This document shows, one piece after another, positions 1 through 7,640 of a DNA stretch of 64,000 nt. Origin of the DNA: a virus. The number at the start of each line of letters is the position of its first letter. The stretch's first letter is position 1. A model generated the notes under the pieces. That model was not told where the DNA came from. It saw nothing but the letters and a program-made list of their open reading frames with translations, and searched no databases. The translations under genes were made by a program, and so were the position numbers. The DNA is taken from positions 1 to 64,000 of the IMG/VR virus record IMGVR_UViG_3300010885_011634. One strand, written 5' to 3'.

Positions 1-158
1 ACGAACTATTTGATGCTGTACTTAAGGACGAAGCTGGGGAAGTGCGTGTAATGCGCTGTTGCGAGTGCTTTGACGAGGACGGAATGGTAGAGCACGAGTG
101 GGAGGACTGCATTAGCTTAGAAGAGTATGTAACGGAATACATAGACACGTGGGCTTGA
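1..158 (+). CDS. partial hypothetical protein (5' truncated)
   Basis: Open frame from position 3 (ELFDAVLKDEAGEVRVMRCCECFD...YIDTWA) to TGA at 156-158; not in the ORF track. Confidence 0.6.
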   Translation, partial: ELFDAVLKDEAGEVRVMRCCECFDEDGMVEHEWEDCISLEEYVTEYIDTWA

Positions 159-219
159 CATTTAGCAACAGTAAGTTAGCAGGCGCTAACTTACCCCCAC
201 CGGACCCGTTGCCCGCCGG

Positions 220-248
220 TTGACATTTTGGCAAAAAGATGTTATAAT
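220..248 (+). promoter_or_regulatory. sigma70-type early promoter
   Basis: TTGACA(220-225)-17 nt-TATAAT(243-248); AAGGAG RBS upstream of ORF 274. Confidence 0.85.
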
Positions 249-273
249 ATACACATACTAAGGAGAGCGAGCT

Positions 274-474
274 ATGACAAAAAGAGAATTTACTAAACAA
301 CTTAGAGTGGGTCTGTTTGCAGATCGTGGCGTGGATTTGAAAGCCGCTATGGAGTATGCCTATTCCATCGCACAGGCCAGCGAGAATCCAGCAGCAGTCA
401 CCACTGCACTCCACGTGGTTCTTAACACGGTAGCAAATGTTCTGGAACGCGAAGTAGACGTGGAACTAGCTTAA
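274..474 (+). CDS. hypothetical early protein
   Basis: 66-aa ORF with RBS, directly after the promoter. Confidence 0.75.
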   Translation: MTKREFTKQLRVGLFADRGVDLKAAMEYAYSIAQASENPAAVTTALHVVLNTVANVLEREVDVELA

Positions 475-497
475 ATATATTATCAAAGGAGAAGTCC

Positions 498-908
498 ATG
501 GATGATATTCTAGCTTATGTGATCGTGTTAGCTGTAGGGATCGTAATAGGGATCTGGGCAGCTAACCTATTCCACCGCGTGATGATCAAGATCGTGCTCA
601 AAGACATGGGCATTGACAGCAACGCTAAACTCAAGCGATTCACTGAAGAAATCCAAGAAGATCTACGCAAGAGAGATCCAGAGGCCTACGCAGCATTAAT
701 GCGGGACATCGCAGAAGATCGTGAGCAAGAGGTAGTTCGTGTTCGTTTGGAAGCACATCAGGGCATACTGTTTGCTTACCGTGAAAGCGACAGCCAGTTC
801 CTAGGCCAGGGCAACACACGTGAAGACCTGATCAAGAGCATGGGCCACCGTTTCAAGAACGTGACTGTAGAGATCACCAACGCAGAGTTAATGAAAGATT
901 TCACTTGA
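498..908 (+). CDS. hypothetical protein with N-terminal transmembrane helix
   Basis: AAGGAG RBS; hydrophobic ILAYVIVLAVGIVIGIWAA. Confidence 0.75.
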   Translation: MDDILAYVIVLAVGIVIGIWAANLFHRVMIKIVLKDMGIDSNAKLKRFTEEIQEDLRKRDPEAYAALMRDIAEDREQEVVRVRLEAHQGILFAYRESDSQFLGQGNTREDLIKSMGHRFKNVTVEITNAELMKDFT

Positions 909-933
909 CATTTTGGACGAAAGGTGCTATACT
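905..933 (+). promoter_or_regulatory. sigma70-type early promoter, probably giving a leaderless transcript
   Basis: TTGACA(905-910)-17 nt-TATACT(928-933); ATG follows 6 nt later at 940. Confidence 0.85.
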
Positions 934-939
934 AGCACT

Positions 940-1167
940 ATGAACTTAAACAACACACTACAATGGCTGGGAACAACTGCACTAATCACTATGTATGTGA
1001 TCATGAGCTTTTACCCTGAACTACATCCTTGGAACATAGTGGCTGGCTGCCTAGGCGGTATCTTCTACTTTTCATGGAGCTTCAGAACAGCAAACCGTCC
1101 ACAGATGATAGTAAACATGGCAGGCATTTTAGTTTGCCTAGCAGGTATATACCGTGCGTGGCTTTAA
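940..1167 (+). CDS. small membrane protein (about 3 TM)
   Basis: MNLNNTLQWLGTTALI...; hydrophobic throughout; start moved to ATG 940 because the promoter overlaps the TTG at 913. Confidence 0.7.
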   Translation: MNLNNTLQWLGTTALITMYVIMSFYPELHPWNIVAGCLGGIFYFSWSFRTANRPQMIVNMAGILVCLAGIYRAWL

Positions 1168-1300
1168 GGTTCTCCTCGTGTTAGCATGTGGCTGCATTCT
1201 CGGGGGATGCTCTACATACAACTGGAGCTTCAACAACGCACAGCTGGCCCTAGACAACTACAGACACATACACAGCAGCATAGAACAGGGACGCTTACCG

Positions 1301-1539
1301 TGAAAACAGAGCTGATCCTCGTCAGCACAATGTTAGCAGCTGGATACGGCACAGTTGACACTGAATCATTACGCACCACGGTCATAGACTATCACTGTAA
1401 CCACTATCGAATTCTAGAGTCTGCGGACGAAGGATACCAGTTTAACCCTCCAGAAGTCTATCAAAACATCTACAGGACCTGTGACCAATTGCGTCAAGGT
1501 GTTGTAAAAAAGCCACAATACTCTATTAAAGATCTATGA
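1301..1539 (+). CDS. hypothetical protein, possibly secreted
   Basis: 3' part of the ORF-track ORF 1186..1539; GTG 1301 gives a signal-like N-terminus (KTELILVSTMLAAG); start uncertain. Confidence 0.45.
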
Positions 1540-1772
1540 ACGCACACGATAAACACAACTTAGACTTCCTCTTAGCAGCTGAACCCGAAACTATCCGTGA
1601 TTGGGCGGGTAAGATGGGTGCAGACGATATCAACTACGCACAGGAACTGCTACTACAACACGCTGAAGATCTCAGGGAGCGATCACGTGAAATCCTGGTA
1701 GAAGCCGAGATGGCTCGCTTGGACAACAGCTATGCTATCGCCCGGGATTACCTGAAGCGATTTACCTTATAA
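1536..1772 (+). CDS. hypothetical protein
   Basis: 78-aa ORF with ATGA overlap to the upstream ORF. Confidence 0.7.
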   Translation: MNAHDKHNLDFLLAAEPETIRDWAGKMGADDINYAQELLLQHAEDLRERSREILVEAEMARLDNSYAIARDYLKRFTL

Positions 1773-1777
1773 ATTGG

Positions 1778-1806
1778 TTGACATTTTGGACAATTGGTGT
1801 TATACT
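1778..1806 (+). promoter_or_regulatory. sigma70-type early promoter
   Basis: TTGACA(1778-1783)-17 nt-TATACT(1801-1806). Confidence 0.85.
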
Positions 1807-1840
1807 GTAAACACTTAGATAAACAACTTAGGAGCGCGAA

Positions 1841-2185
1841 ATGACAACACTAGAAACTACAATGGTAAAAGCAGCACATGCCAAGGCTATGTCTGCAGCA
1901 CAACTAGCAAGCCAAGCATTCAGCGACAAACACTTCAATGGTCGTGATGGGGGCGCCTGTGGCTTTGCTTGGGTAAACGTATACAAGGTCCGTTCTAATT
2001 CAAAGCTAGGTAAAGCCTTGTGTGATGTAGGGTTCCGCAAGGGATACAGTGGCGGCTTACAGTTATGGAACCATTGGTGGCATGGACAGAGTGTAGACGC
2101 AGCAGAGCATGGGGCCACTGCCTATGCACAAGTGATCGCACAAGAGCTGAACCTAGAAGCATACTCAGGCAGCCGACTAGACTAA
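1841..2185 (+). CDS. hypothetical phage early protein
   Basis: AGGAG RBS; 114 aa containing GACGFAWV and ending in SRLD. Confidence 0.8.
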   Translation: MTTLETTMVKAAHAKAMSAAQLASQAFSDKHFNGRDGGACGFAWVNVYKVRSNSKLGKALCDVGFRKGYSGGLQLWNHWWHGQSVDAAEHGATAYAQVIAQELNLEAYSGSRLD

Positions 2186-2189
2186 TTGG

Positions 2190-2218
2190 TTGACATTTTG
2201 GCAAAACCATAGTATAAT
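2190..2218 (+). promoter_or_regulatory. sigma70-type early promoter
   Basis: TTGACA(2190-2195)-17 nt-TATAAT(2213-2218). Confidence 0.85.
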
Positions 2219-2244
2219 TGACACATACAAACAAAGGACACACA

Positions 2245-2376
2245 ATGACTAGACTATTAACGCGACTCTTAGATGCTATTCCAACGCCAACTCCTGAGCA
2301 GGGCGATCGGTTAGTGGGTTATGTATGTTTGTTTGGCTTGGGCTTTTGCACAGCCGTACTGGTGTTTGGTGTATAA
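2245..2376 (+). CDS. 43-aa membrane microprotein
   Basis: AAAGGA RBS; MTRLLTRLLDAIPTPTPEQGDRLVGYVCLFGLGFCTAVLVFGV; below the ORF-track cutoff. Confidence 0.6.
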   Translation: MTRLLTRLLDAIPTPTPEQGDRLVGYVCLFGLGFCTAVLVFGV

Positions 2377-2462
2377 TGGACATACGAGATTACCCAGCAT
2401 TGATATGTGTCATAGTCATGCTGCCTACAGTTATACTAGGAGTGGTATGCCTAGGCTTATAA
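2376..2462 (+). CDS. 28-aa membrane microprotein
   Basis: TAATG coupling to the upstream ORF; MDIRDYPALICVIVMLPTVILGVVCLGL. Confidence 0.45.
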   Translation: MDIRDYPALICVIVMLPTVILGVVCLGL

Positions 2463-2647
2463 CACTCATGCTGGTCACACAGTTAGCAGCCTGCAGCATG
2501 CTAGGGGATCGTAGGGATGCTCCGTGGGATCCAAAGCACCCGCAAGGTATGTTAGAACAGATACCTAACTGGGATGGTGAGGCTAATAGAGTATGTGGCG
2601 GACACTTGCCCCCAGAGCAACGCCGAGGTCGCAGTGCTAGATGTTAG
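2447..2647 (+). CDS. putative lipoprotein
   Basis: AGGAG RBS at 2438-2442; MPRLITLMLVTQLAAC has a lipobox-like LAAC; Pro/Trp-rich mature part. Confidence 0.6.
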   Translation: MPRLITLMLVTQLAACSMLGDRRDAPWDPKHPQGMLEQIPNWDGEANRVCGGHLPPEQRRGRSARC

Positions 2648-2674
2648 CAGCATAGTAGTAAAGGTAATAGAGTA

Positions 2675-2899
2675 ATGGGATACATTGTATACAACACAGC
2701 CAGCGGACGTGCAGAGCGTTACTATAAGCTGGAGCGCACAGCAAAGCAGCAGGCTACACGCATGACTCGAGACCCGTACCGTAGCCGACATGAAGCCGGT
2801 GAGTTCAAGGCCATAGCCTATGCAGCCTACGAAGGTGTGTTAATGGGAATGTCGCCGGAGAATCTCAAGTATTGGTCATGGACCAACCATCTGAGGTGA
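2675..2899 (+). CDS. hypothetical protein
   Basis: 74-aa ORF in the same orientation as the early cluster. Confidence 0.65.
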   Translation: MGYIVYNTASGRAERYYKLERTAKQQATRMTRDPYRSRHEAGEFKAIAYAAYEGVLMGMSPENLKYWSWTNHLR

Positions 2900-2978
2900 C
2901 ATGGTGGGGGTACCGGTATACAGCGTAGTGTAGCGTATATACAACAGTAAGGGGTAGCAAATCACCACCCTGAAAAGC

Positions 2979-3298
2979 TAAGTACTTCACCACTATTTTT
3001 TTGCGCTCTAATTTTTTACCCTGCAGGACCCATTTCAGATACATATTATTATGAACAATGAACTATACAATGAAACCATAGTAAGAAACGGTAATACCTA
3101 TCGCTACGATCCAGACTACGACTGTTACTATCGTGTATACGCCCGTGAAGATCTCACACACATGCAACAGTTTGGATGGATCTATGTAATAGCCGTATTA
3201 ACAGCCATTTGCTACTATGTAGAATTTCTTCGCTAGACTGTTAAGTACTGTAGTCAAAAAAAAACGCACGGTAATTTTTACCCTGCTAGGACCCATTT
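2979..3298 (+). repeat. two-copy direct repeat TAAGTACT...AATTTTT(T)ACCCTGC(T)AGGACCCATTT
   Basis: Copy 1 at about 2979-3035 and copy 2 at about 3242-3298; near-identical core of about 25 nt, each upstream of a small ORF. Confidence 0.7.
3051..3236 (+). CDS. small membrane protein
   Basis: 61 aa with C-terminal TM (FGWIYVIAVLTAICYYV); TACATA 5 nt before the ATG. Confidence 0.7.
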   Translation: MNNELYNETIVRNGNTYRYDPDYDCYYRVYAREDLTHMQQFGWIYVIAVLTAICYYVEFLR

Positions 3299-3335
3299 GG
3301 AACTCATACACACACTCTTACCTAAAGTTATATCC

Positions 3336-3488
3336 ATGCTGTTATCATGGTTAGATCAGGGTAACCTACGCAACCGTGTGTATACTCAGCAACAGCGTAT
3401 AGAGATATTAGAAACAGCATTAGATGATTGTGGACGTATAAGTACTGATCCACTGATAAAAAACATAGTTAAAAGGACATTAGAATGA
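3336..3488 (+). CDS. hypothetical protein
   Basis: MLLSWLDQGNLRNR..., within the ORF-track ORF 3297..3488; start uncertain. Confidence 0.5.
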   Translation: MLLSWLDQGNLRNRVYTQQQRIEILETALDDCGRISTDPLIKNIVKRTLE

Positions 3489-3571
3489 AATCATACGAAA
3501 TTATAGTTATTATACTACTAACCACACTAGTTGTCATACACTTTGAAATACTAAGATTTATTCCTCAATAA
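3485..3571 (+). CDS. 28-aa membrane microprotein
   Basis: ATGA overlap; MKSYEIIVIILLTTLVVIHFEILRFIPQ. Confidence 0.45.
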   Translation: MKSYEIIVIILLTTLVVIHFEILRFIPQ

Positions 3572-3830
3572 CACTGTCAAGCACGTGAGCGACGAAGTTT
3601 GCGATACTGTTAGCTATAAGATATAAACTACTCTGTTAACTCCATGTCAAAAACTTTTTACCGCTTACTACTTCGTAGCAAAAAATTTTTGCGCTTCGCT
3701 TCGCTTTCTTGAATTAACCTCCCCTCGATTGCTAAATTAATATATGTCAGGCGCACAGGTTCGTCATACTCAGATCTAGTCGCAACGGCCGCTAGACATG
3801 ATAATTAACGTATTACACGGAGAGTATTAA

Positions 3831-4181
3831 ATGACACTTACACAAATTATTGCAGCTAACCTAGCAGCATTATGTTTATTATTTTTAGTCTATAATCATA
3901 TCACATTCACCAAAATAAAAGAATGTTACAGCATGTGGTTTAAGCGAGAATATTGGACTGACTACAACACAGTGGAGTTTCTATCGTGGTTTGCCAAGGC
4001 CACTATCATTATTCCTGGCTTGATCTTTGGCATCAGCGTTTGGTGGCTGTACTTCTTTACACTAGGCACTAGCTTGACTTTGATCTGGGCGTCAGAAAAG
4101 AAACTACTACCTACACTAGTAGGATTTAACACTATATGGGCATGGATATCGTGTATGGTGTTAGCGCAGCATCTAGTATAA
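3831..4181 (+). CDS. multi-pass membrane protein
   Basis: GGAG RBS; 116 aa with about 4 hydrophobic segments. Confidence 0.75.
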   Translation: MTLTQIIAANLAALCLLFLVYNHITFTKIKECYSMWFKREYWTDYNTVEFLSWFAKATIIIPGLIFGISVWWLYFFTLGTSLTLIWASEKKLLPTLVGFNTIWAWISCMVLAQHLV

Positions 4182-4189
4182 ATACTAGC

Positions 4190-4402
4190 ATGAACACATT
4201 CCTACTACCAAAAGCTCGTAGCATGGTTACCGGACAAACTGTTAAACAACAGGATCTCACAGGTAATCGCTATACTCTACAACAACGTGATCTGTGCCAA
4301 GCTCAAGCCGACCTACTAGCGAAAAAACAATCCGCTGTTACAGGTGACACTTGGACAGGATTTGTTGAACAGTATACGCCTACAACAAGATCATCTGTAT
4401 AG
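4190..4402 (+). CDS. hypothetical late protein
   Basis: TATAAATA late-promoter motif ends 5 nt before ATG 4190 (MNTFLLPKARS...). Confidence 0.7.
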   Translation: MNTFLLPKARSMVTGQTVKQQDLTGNRYTLQQRDLCQAQADLLAKKQSAVTGDTWTGFVEQYTPTTRSSV

Positions 4403-4825
4403 ATAGTTTACTGAGTCAGTATTTTCTCTATAGATCTCAGCACCATTCTTTAAGTGAAACTTACGTGCCATTTCAGTTTTAGGACTCAGTGTCACGTAGG
4501 TAGTGACTTCGGGATTTTCTTCTTTAATTCTAGCCTGAGCCTGTTCAATTAACTCACGGCCCGCACCCGCAGCATAACTCCAAATAGTATAGAACACCGC
4601 GGTATTGGTGTTGATGACAGTGTCAGCTAGTTCGTCTACGCTTCTAGGTATGTCTGCTAGGAACTTTACGCAGGTCACTGCCAGTGGTTGATCATCGGCA
4701 TCTTTGAGTACAAATATACGACTGTTGTCGTTGACTCTCTGCTCGATGGGGATCTCAGGACGAACAGGATCGTCTTTGATCAATTGTGTTAGTGCGTCTT
4801 CGATTGAGTTGATGATGTGTAGCAT
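4391..4825 (-). CDS. GNAT-fold protein resembling the malonyl-CoA decarboxylase catalytic domain; putative acyltransferase
   Basis: TAVFYTIWSY...GAGRELI...YVTLSP resembles the MCD motifs AVFYSIS...GNFLIK...FATLSP; FHLKNGA is a GNAT-like C-terminal motif. Confidence 0.55.
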   Translation of the reverse strand: MLHIINSIEDALTQLIKDDPVRPEIPIEQRVNDNSRIFVLKDADDQPLAVTCVKFLADIPRSVDELADTVINTNTAVFYTIWSYAAGAGRELIEQAQARIKEENPEVTTYVTLSPKTEMARKFHLKNGAEIYRENTDSVNYLYR

Positions 4826-4877
4826 GTCGTGCCCTTATTATATGCGTATTTATTAAGGACTGTCAAAAACTGCTAGT

Positions 4878-5588
4878 TTAATCTATAGGTTGGGTCTGTT
4901 CCAAGCTGAGTTCTTGATCTTCAAGCTCTCGTATTTCGTCAGTGATTTGATCTATGAGTCCTAGGTTGCGTATGACCTTGAACACTAGATTTTCTGTTGA
5001 CCATTCGCCTGCACGTTCTAATCCTGCCTTGCGCATTTTGGTAATACGTTCTTTTACTGATCGTAACTTATTAAGATCTTTAGATAAAAGTGCTGACTCA
5101 ATATCGTGGATTGCTGAATCTTTTTTGGCTTCTACAGCAGCATCATCGACATCGGGTTTGACTTTACGAGGTTCTTGAACCCATGCTTGGTTTAATATGC
5201 TGTAGATACCTGTGCTGTGATGTGGTTCGTCTTGACCTTGTACATAGCATTCTACAGGTAGGCCTCGCACTGTGATGTTATGTTGATCGCTCCAGAGAGC
5301 TTTCTTAGCATTGAACAGTTCGCGAGCACCTTCGCCGGGTAACCCCTTGACTATTAAGTGTAAATCTAAATCACTGTATTCTGTCCAGGTATAGTTGGCA
5401 TTACTACCAGTGATCGTGTAATCTACTACATTTAAGTCAATTCCGATAAATTCTTCAAAAGCCATGGCAATTTCTTTAAGTTTATCAACGACTTGCAAGT
5501 CCAATTTTCCGTCTTTCCACAATTTGGGGTTTAATCGTCGGTTCAGAGTAATTAGATCACGTTGTTCTGTTAACTGTCTTAAACGCAC
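4878..5588 (-). CDS. DNA polymerase beta-superfamily nucleotidyltransferase
   Basis: ITGSNANYTWTEYSDLDLHLIV fits the hGS...DxD motif; likely third acidic residue in VECYVQ; GTG start. Confidence 0.75.
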   Translation of the reverse strand: MRLRQLTEQRDLITLNRRLNPKLWKDGKLDLQVVDKLKEIAMAFEEFIGIDLNVVDYTITGSNANYTWTEYSDLDLHLIVKGLPGEGARELFNAKKALWSDQHNITVRGLPVECYVQGQDEPHHSTGIYSILNQAWVQEPRKVKPDVDDAAVEAKKDSAIHDIESALLSKDLNKLRSVKERITKMRKAGLERAGEWSTENLVFKVIRNLGLIDQITDEIRELEDQELSLEQTQPID

Positions 5589-5590
5589 AA

Positions 5591-5983
5591 TTATACTCCG
5601 TAACGATTTGGTTTAGGTTTAGCCACTGGGCTTTGGGTCGCTGTGGAGTTAGTTTCTCTGCTGGCATTATCAGTAATTTTTGTTGGGTTAACTCCCATAA
5701 GTTTTGAAGCTAATTTAATAGTTTCTTCATCTTCAGGAGCATACATAACCTGTGTTAAATTTTCAGCCCACGGACTTTCTTGTTCAAACTCAATATGCCC
5801 AGCTGCATCTGCACGGGCTGCGGCAGTGGCCATGCCATAACGATACTGCATATAAGGATCGGTATTACGTAGTTGATGTTGTACAAACACGCCCGGTAAG
5901 GCAGCATTTGCGTCAGCTGAAACACCTTTGCTGGTGCCGCTGGCCTTGGCTTTATATTCTACTAGTAGTTCTTTTATGCGCAT
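5591..5983 (-). CDS. hypothetical protein, probably an internal head protein
   Basis: N-terminus MRIKELLVE resembles a capsid-targeting/LxE cleavage peptide; TAAATA 4 nt upstream of the start. Confidence 0.6.
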   Translation of the reverse strand: MRIKELLVEYKAKASGTSKGVSADANAALPGVFVQHQLRNTDPYMQYRYGMATAAARADAAGHIEFEQESPWAENLTQVMYAPEDEETIKLASKLMGVNPTKITDNASRETNSTATQSPVAKPKPNRYGV

Positions 5984-5986
5984 CCA

Positions 5987-6226
5987 TTATTTAGCCCACA
6001 TTAGGTGATAGCTTAACAATGTGCGTTCATCGTAAAATTCAGCCATGAGTTTGAAGTCATCGTTGACTTTGTCTACTACTAATTGGCATTGCTCGTGCGG
6101 TTGTTTTAATAACCAAGTAACTTGTTCTATGCCTATGGCCTTTTGTACTTTGGGCCAATCTACATCTATCATATCAGTGCCGTTATTGGTTTGCCAGTGA
6201 TATAATTCAATACGTTTACTCTTCAT
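5987..6226 (-). CDS. hypothetical protein
   Basis: 79-aa ORF overlapping the helicase stop. Confidence 0.65.
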   Translation of the reverse strand: MKSKRIELYHWQTNNGTDMIDVDWPKVQKAIGIEQVTWLLKQPHEQCQLVVDKVNDDFKLMAEFYDERTLLSYHLMWAK

Positions 6227-7637
6227 CGCCGCCCATGTTGTTAAGGATTTCTCTTAACTTAGTTGATTCTACATGAGCACGTACTTTACCTACAGGCACG
6301 CCTTCTGTTGGCTCTTCACGCTCTTCTGTTTGTAAATTGGTCTTGCGTTTGATACTGTCAATAATTGAACTAGCACCGCGACTAGCTGAACCTCCGTGGT
6401 CTTGTTCATCTTCTGGTAAATCGCTGATCTTTAATGATTCTAGATTAAACTCTAGATCAATCTTCATACCAACACCACTCGAACTACGAGTTTTCATTAA
6501 CTGTATTTGATAGCGTCCACGTTCACGCATAGCCCTACTAGTGAAGATACCAAACACGTTATCTGCCGTTTGAATCTTACTTAAACCACCACTAATATGA
6601 CTGTGATCAAACTCAACTTCTTCAACTGCTCCACGATTCAACTGTGCCGCTGTAACGAACACACAGTTCTTTTCTACTGCTAGATTACGCAGTTCTTCTG
6701 ACACATACTTGTCTTTGATAAACAAGTCTGCTGGACTGATCTTTTTACTCACTGGCATCAGCAAGTCTAAATAGTCAACTAACAATACGTCTACTTTCTT
6801 GCCTACTTTGATTTCATATTCTTTTAAGTATGCTCGAATGTCGTTGGCAGTCTTACCGCTTGGCATGTACTTGACCTGTAACATACCTGCTTTCTTGCCT
6901 ATGATCTTAACTTTCATTTCAACATCATCTAAATCCTTAAAGATGTCTTTAGTTGCAATACCTGTAAGCATTGCATCAATACGCATACTAACCAATGCTT
7001 CTGAAAGTTCTAGTGTTAGATAAACTACATTAAGGCCCATTAACGCCCAGTTCACACCTAAGTTCGCTAAGAACAATGATTTACCTGCACCCGATCCACC
7101 TGCAAAGATATTCAACTCTCCGCGGTTCATGCCACCAAACAATCTACGATCCATGCTAGGCCAGCCTGTACTTACCTGTCCGTTTTTATCTTTAATACCT
7201 AATAGTCTACCACGTGGATCAGCAAAGTAGTCAGTACCCATATCACGTGCCAGTCCAATTTGTACTGCTTCTTTGATCAGTACTTCAACTGCACCGTAGT
7301 CATGCTTTTCTAATAAGTCTGCTGAATTAATAATTGCTCGTTCAAGAGCTTTGTGTTGTGTGAACTGTTCAAACTCATCCATGAACCAATCCATATGCCC
7401 ATCTTTGATTTCTTCAGGCTTTTTCAGTTCAGTACGACAAGTGGCATTGACCATTTCATAGTCCGGTAATACATTGTAGCCTTTAGCATATTCATTAATG
7501 AACTCTGCGGCATCTTGTAGTTTACGATCAAACAGGGTGTGATCAAAAATACCCTGACAGCGTACAAACACTTCTGCATCTGCTAACATTAATTCAAGAT
7601 ATAATTTTTGTACTTCGTATCCGTATTCTTTTATCAT
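6216..7637 (-). CDS. replicative DnaB-like helicase (T4 gp41-like)
   Basis: Walker A GGSGAGKS, YLTLELS, Walker B LLVDYLDL, TAAQLNR, MKTR. Confidence 0.93.
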   Translation of the reverse strand: MIKEYGYEVQKLYLELMLADAEVFVRCQGIFDHTLFDRKLQDAAEFINEYAKGYNVLPDYEMVNATCRTELKKPEEIKDGHMDWFMDEFEQFTQHKALERAIINSADLLEKHDYGAVEVLIKEAVQIGLARDMGTDYFADPRGRLLGIKDKNGQVSTGWPSMDRRLFGGMNRGELNIFAGGSGAGKSLFLANLGVNWALMGLNVVYLTLELSEALVSMRIDAMLTGIATKDIFKDLDDVEMKVKIIGKKAGMLQVKYMPSGKTANDIRAYLKEYEIKVGKKVDVLLVDYLDLLMPVSKKISPADLFIKDKYVSEELRNLAVEKNCVFVTAAQLNRGAVEEVEFDHSHISGGLSKIQTADNVFGIFTSRAMRERGRYQIQLMKTRSSSGVGMKIDLEFNLESLKISDLPEDEQDHGGSASRGASSIIDSIKRKTNLQTEEREEPTEGVPVGKVRAHVESTKLREILNNMGGDEE

Positions 7638-7640
7638 ATA

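Noticed and set aside
2979-3298. Possible CRISPR mini-array
   Set aside because: Only two imperfect copies about 260 nt apart with an ORF between them; no regular repeat-spacer period and no cas genes in the window
2900-3830. Possible tRNA genes or ribozymes in the non-coding stretches
   Set aside because: No cloverleaf with properly placed T-loop (GTTCRA) and acceptor stem, and no complete hammerhead or HDV core found by eye; tRNAscan-SE/Infernal would be needed to exclude them fully
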